Below are positions 49,332 through 58,535 of a stretch of 64,000 nt of DNA, piece after piece (position 1 is the first letter of the stretch; every line of letters starts with the position of its first letter). Under the pieces are notes generated by a model. That model worked only from the letters and a program-made list of their open reading frames with translations. It had not been told where the DNA came from and did no database searches. This DNA comes from Acidobacteriota bacterium (GTDB lineage Bacteria; Acidobacteriota; UBA890; WLXD01). Location of the stretch: the NCBI GenBank assembly GCA_965248695.1, contig CBDFKD010000002.1, positions 1,952,001-2,016,000 of the forward strand. Direction: 5' to 3'. The translations under genes were made by a program, and so were the position numbers.

Positions 49332-49973
49332 TTGAGACGTCGTCTTATGGCGGCGGGCTGCGTGCTGCTGCTAGCGGCCTCACCAACAAACCGCGTCACT
49401 GCGTCGACACAAGGCTACGGTCCGCTCGACAACCGGATGCCAATCGGCTTCTACATCCCGGCCGGCGAGACCGAGACGGGGTTTCAGGCGGGAGACGACG
49501 AGCTCGCGGTGTGGGCACTGCGAGCCTGGGAGCGTGCCACCGATGGTCAGCTCGAGCTGCGACCTGCACCCTGGGAGGACGCGTTGCTCCATCTGTACTG
49601 GGTGCCAGCTTCCGGAGGCCTGTTCGGCGAGATGAAGCCGTTCAACTATCGCGGCATGCCCGGAGCGGCGATCTTCGTTCGACCGACCACCCGCGGGCTC
49701 GGACCGGAACTCGAGCGCCGCGCGCGACGCGATCCGCTCTATCGCGACGCCATCGTTTACCTGACATGCCTGCACGAATTCGGTCATGCACTGGGGCTGC
49801 CGTACAGCGCCGAATTCGACGACATCATGTACTCGTTTCGGCTTGGCGGCGATATCCCGCTGTACATCCAGCGCTATCGGGCCCGTCTCGACGAGCGCGC
49901 CGACATCGAAACGACCGATGGCCTGTCGGATGCCGACAGGACGGCGCTGACGGCCCTCTATCCGGCGCGCTAG
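49332..49973 (+). CDS. Secreted matrixin/metzincin-like protein
   Basis: Signal peptide, HEFGHALGL, Met-turn DIMY; TTG start after GGAGG. Confidence 0.75.
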   Translation: MRRRLMAAGCVLLLAASPTNRVTASTQGYGPLDNRMPIGFYIPAGETETGFQAGDDELAVWALRAWERATDGQLELRPAPWEDALLHLYWVPASGGLFGEMKPFNYRGMPGAAIFVRPTTRGLGPELERRARRDPLYRDAIVYLTCLHEFGHALGLPYSAEFDDIMYSFRLGGDIPLYIQRYRARLDERADIETTDGLSDADRTALTALYPAR

Positions 49974-50068
49974 GAAGCTCGCCGCGGGGTCGGCGATAGC
50001 ACTCGCGAGGGGCAGCATGACAGCCGCGGCCCGTCGACGTAAGGTAAGCGGCCTACCGGGGGCAATGG

Positions 50069-50599
50069 ATGCGAGACGATATCAAGCGGCCTGGGTGGGA
50101 CGACTACTACATGGGGATCGCCAACGCCGTGGCGGCGCGCTCGAACTGCGTGCGCCGGAGCGTCGGGGCGCTCATCGTGGTCGGCAAGTCGATCATCAGC
50201 ACCGGATACAACGGCTCGCCGATGGGGGTCCGGAACTGTTCCGACGGTGGCTGCCCGCGCTGCGCCTCCGACGCGGCGCCAGGCATCGGCTATGACACCT
50301 GCATCTGCGTGCACGCCGAGCAGAACGCGTTCCTGTTCGCCGCCCGCCACGGCAACGCGACGGAGGGCGGCACGCTTTATTCGACGCTGCGACCGTGTTT
50401 CGGCTGCGCCAAGGAGGCGATCCAGGCAGGGATACGCGAGATCGTGTTTGCGGGAACGGAAGAGTACGAGGCCGAGTTGGAGGAGGGCTACCGGCAGCTG
50501 ATCGCCGAGTCCGGCCTGTTCTTCCGTCACTGCCCTTCGGAAGGCGGACTCGCCGTCGTCGTCGGCGGACGATCCCGATCAGGCAGGGAGAGCGATTGA
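50069..50599 (+). CDS. dCMP deaminase family protein
   Basis: RPGWDDYYM, TGYNG, HAEQN, PCFGC. Confidence 0.92.
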   Translation: MRDDIKRPGWDDYYMGIANAVAARSNCVRRSVGALIVVGKSIISTGYNGSPMGVRNCSDGGCPRCASDAAPGIGYDTCICVHAEQNAFLFAARHGNATEGGTLYSTLRPCFGCAKEAIQAGIREIVFAGTEEYEAELEEGYRQLIAESGLFFRHCPSEGGLAVVVGGRSRSGRESD

Positions 50600-50926
50600 C
50601 CGGCGTTCCGAGCTCTCTCGACGCCGGTAGAGGATCACCACGCGTCCGATAGAGCCCACCTGCTCGGCGCCGGTTGCGTCCACCAGCGTCGCGGCAACGG
50701 CAGGTCGCTCAGAGCGCTCGGCGCTCAACCGTACTTTGATGAGCTCGTGGTCCGCCAGTGCCGCGTCGAGCTGGGCGCCAACCGCGGCAGTGACGCCGAG
50801 CTTGCCGACGTGAACGACCGCGGCTAGCCCATGCGCCAGGCCCCGCAAGTGCCGTCGCTGCTTGCTCGTCAGTGGCGTCCGGGCTGATCGGTTGGCGGTA
50901 TTCAAGTGCGCGCTCCAGGAATCCAT
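50579..50926 (-). CDS. yhbY: YhbY/CRM RNA-binding protein
   Basis: LTSKQRRHLRGLAH, VGKLG, HELIKV, IGRVVILYR. Confidence 0.9.
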   Translation of the reverse strand: MDSWSAHLNTANRSARTPLTSKQRRHLRGLAHGLAAVVHVGKLGVTAAVGAQLDAALADHELIKVRLSAERSERPAVAATLVDATGAEQVGSIGRVVILYRRRESSERRSIALPA

Positions 50927-51085
50927 CGCTGCGACGCTGGTGGTTATACCGCGCCGCCGGTTGGCGGGCAGGTCGAGAGCCTATCTTGCCTGGGACGTGA
51001 AACAGGTTGGCAGTCTGCGGCACAGTTATAGATACAGCTCGCGGGTCCCCTCGCGGCCGCCTCAGCGGCGGCAGGAGTTGCTGTG

Positions 51086-52339
51086 ATGGCAACGAAGAAA
51101 GCAGCTACGGCCCACACCGACGCGACCCGAAGCCTGCAGCCGGCCACGCGACGCAGCCTCAAGAGGCCCGCGGAACCACAGACCAGGCGCGCCCGCAAGA
51201 AGCCCGCGACGCCCCCTACCTTCCGCCGCATCGCCGGCAAGCGGACCCCTATGCGTCCTGACTGCCGGCTGGAGGGCAGCGAGCCGCTGGCGCGGCACTT
51301 GCGCCAGCGCGTTATCGGACAGGACGACGCCGTCGAGGCGCTGATCGGCTCGTGGGCCCGGGTGCTGTCAGGACTGCGAGATCCCGACCGGCCGTTGCTC
51401 ACCGCTATGCTCCTCGGGCCGACCGGCGTGGGCAAGACGGAGACCGCGCTGGCGCTGGCCGAGGGCTTGTTCGGATCCACCACCGCGCTGCACCGCATCA
51501 ACTGCGAGGAATACGCCCACGGACACGAGGTCGCCAAGCTGCTCGGCGCGCCGCCTGGTTATGTAGGCGGTGACATCGAGCCATTGCTGAGCCAGCAGCG
51601 CATCGACTTACCGCACTGGAAGTTGCGCCAGGCGAACGAACAGGGCGACGGCGAGCCTGGAGCGCTCATCGAGCAGGCGCATGACGCGAGCGACGGACTG
51701 TGCTCGATCATCCTGTTCGACGAGATCGAGAAGGCTCATCCGACACTGTGGAATGCGTTGCTCGGGGTGCTCGAAGAAGGCCAGGTCACTCTCGGCAACA
51801 ACAAGACGACCAACCTGCGACGGACGATCATCCTCATGACCTCGAACGTCGGCAGTCGCGAGATGAGTCAGGCCATCGAGCGCGTTCCGCTCGGCTTCCA
51901 CGCTCCCGCGGCACCGAACGACGACGCCAACGAGCTGCAGGCGATCGCCTCCAACGCGGCTCGCAGCGCGTTCCCGGTGGAGTTCCTCAACCGCTTCGAT
52001 GAGGTCCTGGTGTATCGGCCACTACGAGGCGATCACCTGGGACATATCTTCGACAAGTTGCTCGCCGACATAAACCAGCGAGCTCTCGAGCGGGCCGGCG
52101 TGCCCCTGTTGATCAAGCCGAGCCGCGAAGCCAGAGCGTTCGTCATCGATGCCGGTACGGATCCGGGACTCGGGGCCCGCCCGCTGAGGCGCGCCATGGA
52201 ACGGCTGATCGTCGACCCGGTGTCTCGTCTGATGGCCTCGGCGCAGATCACCGCGGGTGACGTGGTGGAAATCGAGATCGACGCTGGTGGCCTCACCTTC
52301 TTTCGACTGCCGCGGTCGGCAGAATCGATCGTCGCCTGA
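51086..52339 (+). CDS. Single-domain Clp/Hsp100 AAA+ ATPase (D2 only)
   Basis: VIGQDDAV, GPTGVGKT, GAPPGYVG pore loop, DEIEKAH, MTSN, EFLNRFD, GARPL. Confidence 0.88.
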   Translation: MATKKAATAHTDATRSLQPATRRSLKRPAEPQTRRARKKPATPPTFRRIAGKRTPMRPDCRLEGSEPLARHLRQRVIGQDDAVEALIGSWARVLSGLRDPDRPLLTAMLLGPTGVGKTETALALAEGLFGSTTALHRINCEEYAHGHEVAKLLGAPPGYVGGDIEPLLSQQRIDLPHWKLRQANEQGDGEPGALIEQAHDASDGLCSIILFDEIEKAHPTLWNALLGVLEEGQVTLGNNKTTNLRRTIILMTSNVGSREMSQAIERVPLGFHAPAAPNDDANELQAIASNAARSAFPVEFLNRFDEVLVYRPLRGDHLGHIFDKLLADINQRALERAGVPLLIKPSREARAFVIDAGTDPGLGARPLRRAMERLIVDPVSRLMASAQITAGDVVEIEIDAGGLTFFRLPRSAESIVA

Positions 52340-52586
52340 TCTCCACCCCGTCGCCACCGGCGTCAGCCGGCGCGCACGGGCAGGAGAAACGGTCGATCAA
52401 CATCGGCGGCCCCTCCTCGGGTGCGGTGGCAATGATCGCCCGCGCTTCCTCGCAGCGGCTGCCGCAGACGCGGCAGGACACCTCGTGGCGCTGACGTGGG
52501 CCGGTCACGAAAGTGTCGTAGTCGATCTCGGCGTCCGGACCGAAGAGGTGTTCTCGCCAGGTCGAGAGCCAGTTGGAAACGTACAT
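52293..52586 (-). CDS. Small Cys-containing hypothetical protein
   Basis: ATG 52586 after AAGGA; CRVC and CPC; 3' end overlaps the AAA gene. Confidence 0.45.
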   Translation of the reverse strand: MYVSNWLSTWREHLFGPDAEIDYDTFVTGPRQRHEVSCRVCGSRCEEARAIIATAPEEGPPMLIDRFSCPCAPADAGGDGVEIRRRSILPTAAVERR

Positions 52587-52982
52587 TGCACACGTCCTTT
52601 CGAAAGGGAGTACCGCGCTCCGGGCGCGGGTGATTTCGCACATGGTTCCGGGCTCGTGCCCAGCCGGCTGTACCACCGTCAGGACGACGGTTGGCGAGCG
52701 GGTCTGCGAGCCGGTCCTCTCTCCGCTCTCTCCATGCCGCGGCCCCTGGCCGCGTCGTGTTTGAGCCCGTTTCATCCCTCCTGGCTACCTGTAATCCCAC
52801 CCAAAAAGCCCGCGGCAGATGCCGCGAGCGCGGCAACTTAGATGGTCTCTGCTTGCTGCCCCGCGCGGCCCATCAAGTTGCTGCAAATCACCGCTACGGT
52901 ACGCACAGATTTACCACGCCAGGCCGCCACGTTCAACGACAGCAACGCGGCGCCAACCGAGGTGTGTACCGTAGCCCCCGCT

Positions 52983-54461
52983 TCAGCTCGATCGAGCGTC
53001 GTGGAACAACCGGTCCAAGACCGGCGAATCGACCGTTGGAGAGCGTATGGAGATGACGACGTACAGCAAGGTCGAGAACACCACCGCCGGGAGGATCTGA
53101 TGCACGGTGGAGGCGATCGGCAATCGAGGCCACAGCAGCAGGGTGGTCATCCCGCCGGCGAACGACGCCAGAACCGCGGCTCCGGTGCCGCGACGCCAGT
53201 AGAGCCCCAGCAGCACCGCCGGGGCGAAGCAGGCGGCGAACACGGCACCCGACAGCACCGTCAGCGACACGATACCGCCCGGCGGCCGCAACGCAATGAG
53301 CGCCGTGATCAACGCGAACAGCGCCACCCACAATCGTGTCCTGCGAAGCTCACCGCCTGCGACTCCACTGCCGCCGAGCACGCTCGCGATATCGCGCTCG
53401 GCCGTCGACGCCATCACGAGCAGCACGCTGTCGAGCGACGACATCGCCGCCGCCACCATCGCCAGCAGCAGGAACGCGGTCACGCCAGGGGTAAATACCT
53501 CGCCCCCGGTCAGCAACAGCGGGACGACCTGGTCGGTGTCGTCAATTCCACTCGGGTAGATACGCCGCGCGTACAGACCCAGCGGCACCAGCAGCGAGTA
53601 GACCAGCGCGAACGACAGCGTCGAGGTCCAGAATCCGGCGCGCACGGCATCGACGCTCTCCAGTGCGTAGAACCGCGACAGCTGGCGTGGCTCGGTGACG
53701 AACTTCGCCGTGCCCGCCATCAACACCCCGAGGACGTAGACGAACGGCACAGCGCCATTCCAGGAAAACAGGTGCGCGGTCTCCAGCGAGTCGCGGACCT
53801 CGGCGAGGGAGCCCAGTCCACCGGCAGCTCGGACCGTTCCGGTGAACAGCAGCACGGCGGCGACAATCATCACCACACCCTGTACCGCATCGGTCTTGAC
53901 CACAGAGATGAAGCCGCCGGCCATCGTGTACGCCACCACGATCACGAACACGACCACGATGGCCGCCTCGTACGGGATCTCCAGGAACACCTGGACCAGC
54001 GTGCCGACGCCTTTGAAGACCGCGGTCATGTAGAAGAAGCTGGCGAACAGGACGATCACCGCCGCCACGATTCGGGCGCGTGTGCTTTCGAACCGGAACC
54101 CGATGAAGTCGGGAATGGTCAGCGATCCCAACTCCTCCGTGAAGCCGCGCAGCCGCGGCGCCACGCAACGCCACGCCAACGCCGACATGATCACGGTGAG
54201 CGGCGCCAGCAGCAGCCACGCGATTCCCCAGTCGTAGCTCTGTCCAGCGAATCCGATGAAGCTGTTGGTGCTCGAGTAGGTGGCAAAGAAAGAAAGCCCG
54301 AGGGTCACCCCGCCCATCGAGCGACCGCCGACGTAGTAGTCCGCCAGCCCGCGCGTCTCCCGATTGCCCCTCCAGGCATGGTAGGCCAGCATAGCCGTGT
54401 AGAGAGCCAGGAGGAGGTGCACCGGCCAGTACGCCACCAGCGAATCGATGATCGCGCTCAT
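52983..54461 (-). CDS. Sodium:solute symporter (PutP/PanF family)
   Basis: DYYVGGR, ATYSS..FIGFAG, TIPDFIGFRF, TDAVQG, AAAMSSLDS. Confidence 0.92.
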   Translation of the reverse strand: MSAIIDSLVAYWPVHLLLALYTAMLAYHAWRGNRETRGLADYYVGGRSMGGVTLGLSFFATYSSTNSFIGFAGQSYDWGIAWLLLAPLTVIMSALAWRCVAPRLRGFTEELGSLTIPDFIGFRFESTRARIVAAVIVLFASFFYMTAVFKGVGTLVQVFLEIPYEAAIVVVFVIVVAYTMAGGFISVVKTDAVQGVVMIVAAVLLFTGTVRAAGGLGSLAEVRDSLETAHLFSWNGAVPFVYVLGVLMAGTAKFVTEPRQLSRFYALESVDAVRAGFWTSTLSFALVYSLLVPLGLYARRIYPSGIDDTDQVVPLLLTGGEVFTPGVTAFLLLAMVAAAMSSLDSVLLVMASTAERDIASVLGGSGVAGGELRRTRLWVALFALITALIALRPPGGIVSLTVLSGAVFAACFAPAVLLGLYWRRGTGAAVLASFAGGMTTLLLWPRLPIASTVHQILPAVVFSTLLYVVISIRSPTVDSPVLDRLFHDARSS

Positions 54462-54462
54462 C

Positions 54463-55959
54463 TCATCGGGATCCCGTGAAATACGGCCGCAGCGCGGGCT
54501 TGGTCACCTTGCCCATCGAGTTACGCGGCAGCTCCTCGAGGTAGTGCAGGTGGCGCGGCACCTTGTAGGGAGCCAGCCGCTCCTTGCACCAGCCTCGAAT
54601 CGCTTCTGTGCTTGGCGGGTCGCCACCGGCAACGACGACCGCGGCGCACACGCGCTCGCCCCACTCCTCGTCAGCGACACCAACTACGGCCACGTCGGCG
54701 ACATCGGCATGCTGGCGCATGGTCTCCTCGATCTCCAGTGCGGAGACCTTGTATCCCCCGGTCTTGATGATGTCGACGCTGCGGCGCCCGAGAATACGGA
54801 AGTAGCTCCCGTCCAGCTGGCCCTCGTCGCCGGTCATGAACCAGCCGTCTCGGAACGCGGCCGTGGTCTCGTCGGCACGGTGCCAGTACTCATCGAACAC
54901 CTGGGGGCCGCGCACTTCGATATGCCCGGAAGTCCCGGGCGCCACCTCGGCACCGGCGCGATCCACGATGCGCACGTCGACGCCGGGCAATGGCTGTCCC
55001 ACCGTGCCGGCACGGCGCTCGCCTTCGAGCGGGTTCGACAGCGCCATGCCGATCTCTGTCATGCCGTAACGCTCCAGCAGACGCTGTCCGGTGATCTCCT
55101 GCCAGCGTTCCATCGTCGCGGCCGGCAACGCCGCGGACCCGGAGGTCATCAAGCGCAGGCCAGCCGTACCGCGCGACCAGCGCGCTCGGACCTCGGCCGA
55201 GGCGTGCTCCCAGGCGCCGATCAGACGTCCATAGATCGTCGGGACGGCCATGAAAACGGTGATGTCGCCGCCTGCCAATCGCTCCCAGACCACGTCGGCG
55301 TCGAACGGCGCGGAGAACTCGCAACAAGCGCCCGCCCACAGCGCTGTATCCATCGCTACGATGATCCCGTGCACGTGGTGCAAGGGCAGCACATGCAGGA
55401 TGCGATCGTCGGGCCGCCAGCCCCAAGCCCGCGCCAGCGCCGTCATCTGCGCCTGGACCATCGAGTGCGTCGTCACGACCCCCTTCGGCGCGCCCGTCGT
55501 GCCGCTGGTGTAGACCATCAGCGCCGGGCGCTCGGCGGCCACCTCCGGTAACGGTCTCACCTCGGCCTCATCGCGCAGCCGGCGCGTCTCCAGGAGTCCG
55601 ACTCCCGCAGCGTCGGCAATGTCGCTCAACCGCACCGCCCCGGTATCAGAACCGATCAGAGCAACAGGCTCACAGTCGGCAACGGCACGCTCGAGCTCGG
55701 GCTGCGGGTGCGACAGAGCCAGCGGCACAGCCACCCCGCCGGCGCGCCAAATGCCCCACTGCACGGCTACGTGATCGACGCCCGGCGGCTCGAGAAACGC
55801 CACCCGCTGCTCGCCCAGGTCGCTCTTTTCACCCAGCAGGGCAGCTGCGATCGCTGCCGAACGTGCCAGCAGCGCTGAATACGTCGCTGTTCCACCCGTT
55901 CCGTCGACCGCCAGGCGATCACCGAAGCTCCCGGCTCTGCGAGCAAGCTCCAATCCCAT
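54463..55959 (-). CDS. Acyl-CoA synthetase, malonyl-CoA synthetase (MatB/ACSF3)-like
   Basis: YTSGTTGAPKG, LPLHHVHG, SGSAAL, ERYGMTE, DIIKTGGYKVSALEIE. Confidence 0.85.
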   Translation of the reverse strand: MGLELARRAGSFGDRLAVDGTGGTATYSALLARSAAIAAALLGEKSDLGEQRVAFLEPPGVDHVAVQWGIWRAGGVAVPLALSHPQPELERAVADCEPVALIGSDTGAVRLSDIADAAGVGLLETRRLRDEAEVRPLPEVAAERPALMVYTSGTTGAPKGVVTTHSMVQAQMTALARAWGWRPDDRILHVLPLHHVHGIIVAMDTALWAGACCEFSAPFDADVVWERLAGGDITVFMAVPTIYGRLIGAWEHASAEVRARWSRGTAGLRLMTSGSAALPAATMERWQEITGQRLLERYGMTEIGMALSNPLEGERRAGTVGQPLPGVDVRIVDRAGAEVAPGTSGHIEVRGPQVFDEYWHRADETTAAFRDGWFMTGDEGQLDGSYFRILGRRSVDIIKTGGYKVSALEIEETMRQHADVADVAVVGVADEEWGERVCAAVVVAGGDPPSTEAIRGWCKERLAPYKVPRHLHYLEELPRNSMGKVTKPALRPYFTGSR

Positions 55960-56157
55960 GGGCGTAGACTCTACACACGCGGCACCGACTGGGTTCGATC
56001 CAGCCCCGGCGTCGAACACCTCTGACACTGGGTGACCAGCACCTCGGGCAGCAGCTCGAGACCGTTCCCGGTCTCACAGCCGCGCTGTTGTACTCTCGCT
56101 GGTGCTGCGGATAGATTGCACAGGTGCTCGCAAGCCGTGAGCCTAGGAGCTCGTCCG

Positions 56158-58476
56158 ATGAAGCGGTCCCGCCACGCCGTTCTGACCTTTGCGCTGCTGT
56201 TGTTACCATCCGCAGTCGCACTGTCCTCCTCGAAGGGCGCGATCGCGGCGATCCATCCGGACGCCATGGCCCATCCCGGGCTCGGTATCGTCCAGGAAGC
56301 CCTCCCGGCTCAGGCGCCGCTGTTCCGTAGCGCCGTGACACGGGTGCGTGTCGACGCCATCGTCACCGACGACGACGGCAATTTCGTCGACAACCTTTCT
56401 CGGGAAGATTTCCGAATCTCCGAGGACGGCGTCGAGCAGCAGATTCTCAATGTTCAGCTGGTAGACCTTGATACCGGCGAAACGGTCGACGTGGGTTCGC
56501 AATCTGCCGCCCACGTGCGCACTAGCTCGAGTGCCGGCGGCAACGATGCGTACGCGGCAGGTGCGGAGCCCACACCGATCGCCAGAACGCCCGGCACGCT
56601 CGGTGCGATCGTCTACCTGGTCGACCTGCCGAGCCTGGATCCGAAAAACAAGCCCAGGCTGGCCGAGACTTTCACCGACTTCATCAAGGGTTCCGAGACA
56701 CTGCACGTTCCGCGTAGCGTGTTCATGATCGACCAGCATGGCCAAGTGCAGGAGCTCGCCCCCCTGACCGCCGATCGTGACGTGCTACGCGAGGCGGCCA
56801 AGAAGTTGTCTTCGGCCAGGCTGACACGCAAGACCATCTTCACGCGCATGACGACGGACTACGAGCCCATAATGGAGCTGGCGATCGAGGCCGTGAACTC
56901 CGCCACCTCGGGCGCCGGTTTCGTACGGGGGACACCGAACCTAGTTAATGTAAGAGTGCGCGAGATCGTCGGGAACCTGGAAGAACAGGCGCGGCGAGAC
57001 GGTGATCTGGAGCGCGATCGGGGTGAGGCGACACTCACCACCCTTCTCCGCTTCACCAACGCCCTGTCGGCCATGGAGGGGCGCACGGCGCTGGTGTGGA
57101 TCTCCTCCGGGGCGCTGCTCAGCGAGGGCGGCCCATACCAAGCCTACGCTGCCGCCGTCCGCGAGGCGGTTGGCGTAGAGGCCGGCCGGTCGCAGCTCGG
57201 TCGCGCGGCGCCGAACCGTCGCATCCTCGACCTCATGGACGAGCTCTACGAGGTGGCGAACACCGGCAACGTGAGCATCTATACGGTCGACCCGCGACCG
57301 ATCTCCGAGCTCAACAACCTTGGAACCGGCGCGGAAGTCGGCAACAACCTGGTCTCGCAGGCACTGCGTCGGCACGTCCGGCCAGCCTACCGCGATCTCA
57401 CCGCGCCGCTGCACGACGTTGCCAACAAGACCGGTGGGCGCGCGTTCATCGGCTGGAGCAACCTGTCGGATGCGTTCACGCAGCAGGCCGACGATGCGAG
57501 CCGTTTCTACCTGATCTTCTACGAGCCGCCGGCGCCACACGCCGACGGCGAGTACCACGAGATCGAGGTGACGCTGAACAAGCCGGACTTGGGCATCCGC
57601 GCCCGATCCGGCTACCGGGATCTGCCGGATTCCGAGCTCAAGATCCGCAAGATCGCCGCCGCCCTGGCGCTGCCCGGCTCGATGATGGGCCGCCCGGTTC
57701 CCACCGCAGCGTACCAGCGCTTCACCGATGAAGGCACGCCGACCATTCTGCTGGTGGCCGGTCTGCCGCTGCCGGCGGAGTCGGTCAACGGCAGCTGGGC
57801 CCCTGCATTCGGAGGCCTCGATATCTCCGGGCCGACGCCGGCCGCCGAGGGCGGCTGGCTGGAGGCGGGCGGAATCCCGTACTTCCGCGTCCACGCCATC
57901 GCTCTGAACCGCGCCGGTATCGTCGGCGGCGAGAGCCACGAGGTGGTGCAGGCGAGGCCAGACCTGTACCGCTATGCACCCGACGCTGCCTTCCGTCATT
58001 TCCGCTACACCACCGAGTGGAATGTCGAGCCCGGCGAATACAATCTGCGCATGGTGGTGGCCGAGGACGGCGGCGACCGCGTCGGGACGGCACGTCTCAA
58101 GGTCGAAGTACCTTCGTCAGACGACGGCTGGGGAATGGCCGACCCGATGCTCGTGGCAGTGGATCGGCGCGGACTGACGCCGCTGCTGGGGCAGGGTGTA
58201 CCGGAGGGCATGCCGATTGCGGCCAGTGTCCAGGTCGTGCATGGCATCGAACCGTTCGTGTCGGCGGCGATCTTCCGGCGCGATGCGCGCCGGTCGGTTG
58301 CGGATGTGGCCGGGCAGTCGCTGCCACCGGTCAGCCTGACGCTGCATCGAGGGGCGCTGCACCTGCCATCCAACCTCGAGCCGGGCAACTACCTGGTGGA
58401 GGTGCGGGTCATCGACGCCGACGCCGACGGACAGGCGATTCGGCTGCTGCCACTGCAGATAATCGCTGGCAACTAG
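56158..58476 (+). CDS. Secreted acidobacterial-type VWA-related protein
   Basis: FRSAVTRVRVD, DFRISEDG, GRTALVWISSG, IYTVDPR, TGGRAF, RARSGY. Confidence 0.82.
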   Translation: MKRSRHAVLTFALLLLPSAVALSSSKGAIAAIHPDAMAHPGLGIVQEALPAQAPLFRSAVTRVRVDAIVTDDDGNFVDNLSREDFRISEDGVEQQILNVQLVDLDTGETVDVGSQSAAHVRTSSSAGGNDAYAAGAEPTPIARTPGTLGAIVYLVDLPSLDPKNKPRLAETFTDFIKGSETLHVPRSVFMIDQHGQVQELAPLTADRDVLREAAKKLSSARLTRKTIFTRMTTDYEPIMELAIEAVNSATSGAGFVRGTPNLVNVRVREIVGNLEEQARRDGDLERDRGEATLTTLLRFTNALSAMEGRTALVWISSGALLSEGGPYQAYAAAVREAVGVEAGRSQLGRAAPNRRILDLMDELYEVANTGNVSIYTVDPRPISELNNLGTGAEVGNNLVSQALRRHVRPAYRDLTAPLHDVANKTGGRAFIGWSNLSDAFTQQADDASRFYLIFYEPPAPHADGEYHEIEVTLNKPDLGIRARSGYRDLPDSELKIRKIAAALALPGSMMGRPVPTAAYQRFTDEGTPTILLVAGLPLPAESVNGSWAPAFGGLDISGPTPAAEGGWLEAGGIPYFRVHAIALNRAGIVGGESHEVVQARPDLYRYAPDAAFRHFRYTTEWNVEPGEYNLRMVVAEDGGDRVGTARLKVEVPSSDDGWGMADPMLVAVDRRGLTPLLGQGVPEGMPIAASVQVVHGIEPFVSAAIFRRDARRSVADVAGQSLPPVSLTLHRGALHLPSNLEPGNYLVEVRVIDADADGQAIRLLPLQIIAGN

Positions 58477-58535
58477 TGGACTGCAACGGCTGAACGTTTA
58501 GTACAGCGGCGAGAGCGCGGCGCCAGGCGGGGCGT

